This document shows, one piece after another, positions 26,249-32,000 of a stretch of DNA of 32,000 nt. Where the stretch lies: the NCBI RefSeq assembly GCF_000253055.1, contig NC_016070.1, forward strand, positions 1,809,543-1,841,542, in the 5' to 3' direction. Positions within the stretch are counted from its first letter, which is position 1, and each line of letters opens with the position of its first letter. The notes under the pieces were generated by a model. It did not search any database, had not been told where the DNA came from, and saw only the letters and a program-made list of their open reading frames with translations. The DNA comes from Thermoproteus tenax Kra 1 (lineage in GTDB: Archaea; Thermoproteota; Thermoprotei; Thermoproteales; Thermoproteaceae). The position numbers and the translations under genes are program-made.

Positions 26249-27503
26249 ACGAGGTTAAAAGTAAGATGGCCGCCGGGACGGAGGAAAAAGCGGGTTGTTT
26301 TATCTTTTCTATCAATTCCCAGTACCTCCTCTTGGCCCACAACAACGGGATGTTGTCGCGCGCATCGCTGAAGCCACAGACGGGACAGCGCATTATACGT
26401 TTCTTCTCCTCCTCCATTTTCGCACCACAGTGGGGGCATACAGTTGAGTATAGTCGCTCTTCAAGGTACGGTAGCCCATACCACTCTGCCAAGTGTTGTA
26501 GGCGCCTCCTCAGCCGGCCGAGACCGTCGTAGAGGTGCTTCTTGTCGCCTTTCTCGCCGCTCTGTTTCCGCTCTAGATACGTCTCGTAGTCCATCACGTC
26601 TACTACAATGGCGGCGTTGTTCTGTCTGGCGAGCTCGATTATCTCCTTTGCGATCCGTGTCACGACGTCGCGGATTTTCCTAAACCGCTTGGACTTGAGA
26701 CGACGGACCCTCTCCTCAAGGAGCATCCTTCTGGCGGGATCCGCCTCCCTCGCGGCCCGTTCCTCGAGGCGGCTTATCTCCTCGTGGAGTCTCCTCAACT
26801 CCCTAATTACACCATCTTCAGGGAGTCTCAACGTCCTTCTCAACTTACCATCCCTTATAATGCCTATCACGGCCCCGTTATCGAGACGGTTCACGTCAAC
26901 AGCGACGAGCGTCCTGGGCTCCACCGGCGTCACCTCTCTGGCGAAGACAAGCGCTACGTAGAGCTTTCCGTAGGTCGGCTCCTTTCCCCTACGTCTTTCT
27001 ATGCCCAAAAACGCCAACTTGAGTCTGGCGCCCTCCTCAAGTCTCTTTTTGATCCAAGTGACGTTGTTGCGCCCCAATCTAACGACGAAGGTCTTTAGTC
27101 TCCGCACCTTGAGGATCTCGCTTCTGAGATCAATAAAGATAGGAGCACCAAAATCTCTTTCGTTTTCCACTCTTAGTTGAGCCTTTAATGGAACCATCTT
27201 GAAGAATACGATATCGTGCCAGAACACCTTGGCTTGGTCTATGAAGTACTTCTTGAGGTTATACTTGGGAAACACCTCCTCGATTATTTTATGCGCCAGC
27301 TCCCGCCTGTCGGGAGTGAGAAGTCTGCCCAGCTCCTCCGGCGTCAGTTTCGGCTCCTCTTGTCCTGTGATTTCTTTGAGCAACCTTCTGACATACTCTT
27401 CTGTGGCCAGATGTATGCGCGTCACTAGATCCAGAACGTCTGGCCGCTCCTCGACGAGACGCCAGGGAATTTCGATCTTCAGCACTCTATAGACCTGGCC
27501 CAT
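26247..27503 (-). CDS. tnpB: Divergent TnpB RNA-guided nuclease / IS605 OrfB family (ORF track start 27608; likely start MGQVYRVLKIEIP)
   Basis: RuvC-I TLVAVDVNRLDNGAVIGI; Zn finger CPHCG...CPVCGF; terminal DARDNIPLLWAKR. The RuvC-II acidic residue appears to be Asp (AAIVVDVMDYETYLE). Confidence 0.85.
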   Translation of the reverse strand: MGQVYRVLKIEIPWRLVEERPDVLDLVTRIHLATEEYVRRLLKEITGQEEPKLTPEELGRLLTPDRRELAHKIIEEVFPKYNLKKYFIDQAKVFWHDIVFFKMVPLKAQLRVENERDFGAPIFIDLRSEILKVRRLKTFVVRLGRNNVTWIKKRLEEGARLKLAFLGIERRRGKEPTYGKLYVALVFAREVTPVEPRTLVAVDVNRLDNGAVIGIIRDGKLRRTLRLPEDGVIRELRRLHEEISRLEERAAREADPARRMLLEERVRRLKSKRFRKIRDVVTRIAKEIIELARQNNAAIVVDVMDYETYLERKQSGEKGDKKHLYDGLGRLRRRLQHLAEWYGLPYLEERLYSTVCPHCGAKMEEEKKRIMRCPVCGFSDARDNIPLLWAKRRYWELIEKIKQPAFSSVPAAILLLTS

Positions 27504-27548
27504 ATGCGTACAAGGCGTAGGGGAGAAAAAGTAGTTGAAGAGACTCTC

Positions 27549-27628
27549 TTTCAACTCCAACGACCCACCTGACTTACGGCGCCGCTGTAAGTCAGGTGAA
27601 CGTTTCAATTACTCTGGGATTTCTACTC
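27549..27628 (+). repeat. Palindromic repeat family, copy A
   Basis: ctttcaactccaacgacc[cacctgacttac-ggcgccgct-gtaagtcaggtg]aacgtttcaattactctgggatttctactcc; perfect 12-bp arms at 27566-27577/27587-27598. Confidence 0.85.
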
Positions 27629-27794
27629 CTTCGACTTACCAACCGGCCCACGTCGCCGGCCGCCTCAGCAATGGGCGCAACCTCCTCCAGAAGCGCCTCC
27701 GGCGCGTCTCCTCGATGTATGCTAACACTGAGAGGAGGGAAAGCAGATACACGACCATGAGCTAGAGAGACCAGAACATAAAAAACGAGACGTT

Positions 27795-27993
27795 TCACAT
27801 CAGTTCAACTTTATAACGCTTCTCGCGAGCCCGACCGTCCGTCGAACAGTCGTTGACGATGAGGACCTCTTTGATCCCGACGGCAGAAGAGCTCGGGCAT
27901 GTTCTCAGCCTCGTTGAGAGTGGGGACTATGATCGACACGTAGCCCCAAGGATGAATGAGAAAAAATGGATGATGAAAAAGATTCTGTTTCAA
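27795..27993 (-). pseudogene. Truncated, frameshifted GT2 family glycosyltransferase remnant
   Basis: Minus-strand GYVSIIVPTLNEAENMPEL, then after a frameshift near 27900 EVLIVNDCSTDGRAREKRYKVELM and a stop. Confidence 0.7.
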
Positions 27994-27996
27994 AAA

Positions 27997-28377
27997 CTAT
28001 TTGGCCGCGAAGACGAGCAACGAGCTCCCCATCGGCTCGACCACACAGTTCCCCACTAGGTACATCTGCCCGTTCTGCAACGGCACCATGGCCGCGTTCA
28101 TATATCCGTATTCATCATCGCCTCCCGAGGACATGCTACTGTAGCTCGACATAGAGACGCCGCTTCCGCCCGAGAGCTTGACGGCGGAGATGTAGTATTT
28201 GCCATTATTCTGATATATAGGCAGATTCGCACACTGCTGGGCTATTGCCACCTCCCGTGTGCCATATTCCGCTGTGTTCTGCTGCGCTTGTTGCATCATG
28301 GCGCCTGTCGTGTATATAGTGACGATTATGACCATGGCCATTGCTATTATCAGTGCTGCTGTCACCGCCCAGTACAT
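27997..28377 (-). CDS. Pilin-like small secreted/membrane protein
   Basis: N-terminal MYWAVTAALIIAMAMVIIVTIYTTGAMMQQAQQNT hydrophobic helix plus polar globular tail; type IV pilin-like architecture. Confidence 0.6.
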   Translation of the reverse strand: MYWAVTAALIIAMAMVIIVTIYTTGAMMQQAQQNTAEYGTREVAIAQQCANLPIYQNNGKYYISAVKLSGGSGVSMSSYSSMSSGGDDEYGYMNAAMVPLQNGQMYLVGNCVVEPMGSSLLVFAAK

Positions 28378-28404
28378 GGGAGAGAGGAATTACGAAGAAA
28401 AAAG

Positions 28405-28839
28405 TTAGAGGTATTGTCTGGTGGCGTACCAGGCCAGAACCGATGACGGTATAGAGAGCGCGAACAAATATCTATTGACGACCGCAAGGAACAACCATAT
28501 GATCAGCGAAACGGCGTAGAGGGCGGCCGAGACCGCCAGCATCCACGACCGCTCCCGCCATGCGAGATAGGCGGTGAAGCCCACGAGCGGGGCGGCGTAT
28601 GCGGCTACAAACAACGCCAATGCGACCGCGGGCACCGAATAGCCCGCCCCTAGGAGCACAAAGAAGAGTACCGCCGTGATTACGGCGATCCGCTCCCTCG
28701 ACTCGAACGCGATTAGGACTATTCCAGCGAACTGAAGACCAAAGGAGACAGTGCCGAGCGCGAGGTTTAGACCATGAACAGGGATCCATCTGACTGCCAA
28801 CAACGCGCTTGCTATTGCGATGAGCAGATAGCCCAACAT
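28405..28839 (-). CDS. Multi-pass membrane protein, unknown (ORF track start 28947)
   Basis: MLGYLLIAIASALLAVRW... with about 5 hydrophobic helices; the internal Met avoids overlap with the upstream CAP gene. Confidence 0.55.
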   Translation of the reverse strand: MLGYLLIAIASALLAVRWIPVHGLNLALGTVSFGLQFAGIVLIAFESRERIAVITAVLFFVLLGAGYSVPAVALALFVAAYAAPLVGFTAYLAWRERSWMLAVSAALYAVSLIIWLFLAVVNRYLFALSIPSSVLAWYATRQYL

Positions 28840-28865
28840 GACAAGAGGTTCGTGGGGACGAAAAG

Positions 28866-29936
28866 CTAGCTGACCTCGATTGTATAGGTGTCCAGGGGAC
28901 ACTCCTCTCTCTCGGAGCTCTCCCTCTCTCCCGGCCTCGGCTCCCATATAATGTTCTTTTCGTAGTAGCCCAATATGACGAAGGTGTAGAGGCCGGGCCT
29001 CTGCGCTTTGAACGGCACGTCGACGTCGATGAGCCAGAAGGCCCCGTTCTTCCCCTCAGGATAGATCGTAAACGTCGCAATCGGCGTGCCCCAATCGTAG
29101 TGGTGTAATTTCACGTAGCTGCTGTTGGGCGCGTAGTAGAATACAACGACATAGTAGGTGGATCCAAAGGTGTCGTTGACGTAGCCCTCGGCGGTGAAGC
29201 GGCTTCCGTTGTAGGTCGGCGGCTTTATCCAGCGGACCCATTTGGACACCATGTAGATCGTCAGAAAGACCTTCGAGCTGTTGTACGCAAGGCCGATGGA
29301 GACGTAGTTGTTGCAGGGGTTCAACAGGGAGATACGGTGCCCCCAATGTGATCCAGAGTCGTTGTAGACCATCGCGTTTATCGCCCAACTGATGAAGCCC
29401 GTGACGTTGATGTGGCATCCGTAACGTTGGAGGAGATAGATGGATCCCCCGCATCCCATCGCGGCAATGTTTTCCCCTACGGCGTACTTTCCGCCGTCAA
29501 GCAATGTGTAGTAGTAGGTGGGCTCTCTGCCCTCTGCGTCGTAGTGGCTGTATATGCCGGTCTTCAACATATACTCGGCGCGGAACTGCGGAGTCTTCAG
29601 AGGCATCCACTGGACGGGCGGGACGCCCTCCCTCTCCCTGACCTCGTTGAGGTAGTCCAGGGCGAACTTCTGTAACGGAGTGAGGGTCACGTTGTAGGTC
29701 TCCTCGGGAGGCACGGGCGGCAGAGTACGGATGTGAATGGACGAAAGAGTGGCGTTGAGGTACGTGAAGAGGCGTTGGAGCGCGCTCTGGACTGCCCCCT
29801 CCAGTTGGGTTGCGTTGACGCGGATCGCGTTAAGCCCCTCCTGGGCGACCTCCCAGGCTGTGTGCAACGCCGGCCTTGCGTAGAGGAGGAGAAGGACGGC
29901 GAGTAAGGCCGTGAGGGCCAACGCGAGCCGTCTCAC
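28866..29936 (-). CDS. Secreted CAP/SCP-like domain protein
   Basis: Signal sequence MRRLALALTALLAVLLLLYA; CAP-like DYLNEVREREGVPPVQW...IYSHYDAEGREPTYYYTLLDGGKYAVGENIAAM; C-terminal beta domain. Confidence 0.75.
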   Translation of the reverse strand: MRRLALALTALLAVLLLLYARPALHTAWEVAQEGLNAIRVNATQLEGAVQSALQRLFTYLNATLSSIHIRTLPPVPPEETYNVTLTPLQKFALDYLNEVREREGVPPVQWMPLKTPQFRAEYMLKTGIYSHYDAEGREPTYYYTLLDGGKYAVGENIAAMGCGGSIYLLQRYGCHINVTGFISWAINAMVYNDSGSHWGHRISLLNPCNNYVSIGLAYNSSKVFLTIYMVSKWVRWIKPPTYNGSRFTAEGYVNDTFGSTYYVVVFYYAPNSSYVKLHHYDWGTPIATFTIYPEGKNGAFWLIDVDVPFKAQRPGLYTFVILGYYEKNIIWEPRPGERESSEREECPLDTYTIEVS

Positions 29937-29994
29937 ATATATAGAAAGGAGGGGATTTAAAAACTGAGAAAAAAGGGGGAGTTTTTACTACCGT

Positions 29995-31626
29995 TTACCT
30001 AGGAAATACTCTGCCCCTAAAACCGCCGCCACCTCCACCTCCGCTACTGCCACCGCCGCCGTTGGATCCAGTTCCGCCAGATGATGTAGATCCGCCACTT
30101 CCACTTCAGCCTGGTCCATATGTACTTTGAGAGGACCAACTAACATATACCACATTGTATCCACTCCATTCTGTTGGAGGCGTTATAGAACATTCCAGAG
30201 TGGGCGGACATGAAACGTATGTCGTTATCGCGCTAATGCTTGACGCCTCTATCGTCACGGAATACGCATTTGGCGGTGGCCATGGAGTGAGCTCGCTCCC
30301 CGTTCCCGAAACGCATTGCGACGCATCCGAACATATTTTCCATGTGACCTCATCGCCGTAGGGAAGTGGATTACCATCGGGGGGATATTGTACGACATAT
30401 ATGGTATACGTGTTATAGGTAATCTGTGACGTCTGTTGTGTACACGTTATTGTGAACGTATAGATATTGCCCACACTCACCTGTTGTGTACTCGGCGATA
30501 TCGTACACGAGTAACCTGACGGCTCGCCCGTTATTTTCGCATAGAGCGTATCTTGGGATCCGCCGATTTGAAGCTGATACTGTCCGGAGCCGGTGCCCGG
30601 CAACGTCTGAACACTGGATTGAATTTACCAGCTCACTTGCGAGATCACGCTCTGACTCACAGGATCGTTGTTGGGGACTACGTTGATGGTCACGTAGTAG
30701 TTATTACCGCCGCTTTGTTGTGTGCACGTTATTGTAAACGTATAGCTGTTGCCTGCGGTCACCTGTTGTTGAGTCGGCGATATTTGACACGAGTAGCCGG
30801 ACGGAGGTAGAACTATTGACGCTTTCAGAGTGTCCGTTTGTCCATTAATCTGTATTTGACCAGTATATGGGCCGGTGCCCGTTAATGCTTGAACGCCGGA
30901 TTGAACACTCCAACCTACTTGGCCGGCGACGCTCTGGGTTGTAGGATTATTATTGGGCACTATGTTGATGGTTATGTAGTATTTCTGAGTAGGCGGCGGA
31001 TTGCTGCCATTGTTCGATCCGGTCGAAGAACCTCCGCCGTTGTTGTTCACACCTCCACCATTGTTGTTACTACCGACGTTGCCACCATTATTATTACTTC
31101 CTCCACTACCAGTGTTAGAGCCGCCGCTTGGCGCAAACTGCGCCAAGCTCACCGTGTAGAACTCAACGCGTTCCTCGATTATCTTCTCCACAACGTTCGG
31201 ATCCGTCGCAAAGTTCTTGTCGTTGGGGACGTAGTTGTCTATGATAGTGTAAACCCTCTGGACGTCGGCCGGGACGTAGCAATTGATCACAACGTACTCG
31301 TTGGGTTTCAATAACCTACCGGGATCGAAGTAGTAGTTGGGAGTCGCGTTGAGGCAGTAGACCTGCCCCGATGGGCCTTCGAGGATCACAGACTTGAGCA
31401 CTATCGGTACATCGCCTGTATTCAACACTACTACCTCGTTCTGCCCGCTCACGACGACGTACGCTTGCGCCCACTCCATCGACCATATGAGCTGTCTGTG
31501 CGCCATGATCTGTTACGACCACCATATTGCCCCAGCTAGGAGGGCGCCCGCCAACGCGAGAAGCAACAACGTGGCGATGGTCGACTCCACCGCGACGCTT
31601 ATCCCGCGTACGCGGGGTTTGGGCAT
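29995..31626 (-). pseudogene. Pilin-like/adhesin gene with class III-like signal peptide, Asn/Gly linker and tandem repeats, interrupted by three in-frame stop codons (contains ORFs 30625..31506 and 30106..30603)
   Basis: A single minus frame reads MPKPRVRGISVAVESTIATLLLLALAGALLAGAIWWS[TAA]QIMAHRQLIWSMEWAQ...SQVSW[TAA]IQSSVQTLPGTG...STYGPG[TGA]SGSGGSTSSGGTGSNGGGGSSGGGGGGGFRGRVFPR*. Confidence 0.75.
30433..30981 (-). repeat. Two tandem beta repeats inside the adhesin frame
   Basis: YYITINIVPNNNPTTQSVAGQVGWSVQSGVQALTGTG...SGYSCQISPTQQQVTAGNSYTFTITCTQQ versus YYVTINVVPNNDPVSQSVISQVSW*IQSSVQTLPGTG...SGYSCTISPSTQQVSVGNIYTFTITCTQQ. Confidence 0.9.
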
Positions 31627-31744
31627 GCCATTGCCGACTTACGAAAAGAAATGTGAGCAGCCTCAGTCGTCCCTTCCAGGGAAGGAACGGTCAGTGTTCC
31701 GACATCATGGCGAACAGCGGGCGTGTGGCGGAGAGAAACGAAAC

Positions 31745-31833
31745 GGAAATTTCCTTGGAGAGTTGAAACGTTCACCTGACTTTCAGCGATGCGTAAAAGT
31801 CAGATTAACGATTCAACTCCTTGGGATTTCTAC
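31745..31833 (+). repeat. Palindromic repeat family, copy B (long imperfect inverted repeat)
   Basis: Left arm gaaatttccttggagagttgaaacgttcacctgacttt pairs with right arm aaaagtcagattaacgattcaactccttgggatttc. Confidence 0.8.
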
Positions 31834-31843
31834 TCTAACGACA

Positions 31844-31895
31844 CACCTGACTTTCGGGCGCCGCCGTAAGTCAGGTGAGGCGTGGGAGTTGAAAG
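31844..31895 (-). repeat. Palindromic repeat family, copy C, inverted relative to copy A
   Basis: Minus strand ctttcaactcccacgcctcacctgacttacggcggcgcccgaaagtcaggtg closely matches plus 27549-27598. Confidence 0.85.
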
Positions 31896-31953
31896 TGTAT
31901 CTCCTTAACCAGCTTTTCTTTTCCCGCGCTATATATGTTTATAAGCTAAGTCT

Positions 31954-32000
31954 ATGGGCATTGAAGATGTTAATCCCGTGGCATCTTGTGGAGGAGCGCC
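31954..32000 (+). CDS. Possible start of a gene running off the window
   Basis: ATG preceded about 25 nt upstream by TATA-like ctatatatgtttata; only MGIEDVNPVASCGGA is visible. Confidence 0.3.
   Translation, partial: MGIEDVNPVASCGGA

Noticed and set aside
26050-26532. ORF 26050..26532 + (160 aa) and 26174..26371 +
   Set aside because: They run through the GC-rich structured RNA region and antisense to tnpB, with low-complexity R/G/P-rich translation; likely an artefact of high GC.
26247-27608. Reading the TnpB-like protein as a Cas12 effector because CRISPR-like sequence lies about 100 nt upstream
   Set aside because: Size (about 418 aa), C-terminal Zn-finger/RuvC layout and the 3' structured RNA fit TnpB; no cas1/cas2 or array is present.
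27592-27798. 68-aa ORF 27592..27798 -
   Set aside because: It partly overlaps repeat copy A, has no recognisable domain and lies in a degraded segment.
30106-31515. Selenocysteine or pyrrolysine readthrough to explain the in-frame stops
   Set aside because: Two of the three stops are TAA, which neither pathway uses, and no SECIS-like element or UAG codon is involved; decay or sequence error is simpler.
27549-31895. A CRISPR array at the repeat-like 24-25-mers
   Set aside because: The units are only 3-4, differ in orientation and spacing (about 4 kb between A and B), and the would-be spacers are hairpins shared between copies. Kept only as solitary CRISPR-like sequence.
1-32000. tRNA or rRNA genes
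   Set aside because: No spacer read by eye showed a tRNA T-arm (GGTTCGAATC-like) with acceptor pairing, and no rRNA-like segment was seen. A tRNAscan-SE run would be needed to exclude intron-containing or split tRNAs.

Overview
This window is a GC-rich crenarchaeal chromosome segment; protein content suggests Thermoproteales (Thermoproteus/Pyrobaculum-like), which is an inference. About 0-17 kb is dense housekeeping sequence. It contains an ABC-type ATPase with a surface protein, a ThiF/MoeB-like protein, aIF5A, DUF655, RpoF, L21e, a GPN GTPase, SRP19, S8e, TFB, a Gar1-like protein, a TFE-beta/RPC39-like Fe-S winged-helix factor, ThpR, CCA-adding enzyme, a SerA/aminotransferase/DUF89 operon, HTH-CBS, PfkB, a Cys/Met PLP enzyme and S4e. 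The 18-22 kb segment has a transmembrane-interrupted PLD-like protein that converges on a membrane protein/MoxR-like AAA+/small ORF/vWA-metallopeptidase operon. The 23-26 kb segment holds LOG, MoaB, PhoU-like and CBS genes. The 26-32 kb segment is accessory. It contains a divergent TnpB followed by an 83% GC multi-hairpin region (candidate omegaRNA), a family of CACCTGACTT hairpin repeats with CRISPR-repeat-like arms that flank a surface-protein block in inverted orientation, a decayed GT2 glycosyltransferase, a CAP-domain protein, and a pilin-like adhesin frame interrupted by three in-frame stop codons with no frameshift. Two candidate box C/D sRNAs and two solitary TnpB-end-like hairpin motifs are also proposed. 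All family calls come from reading motifs by eye; no database search was run.
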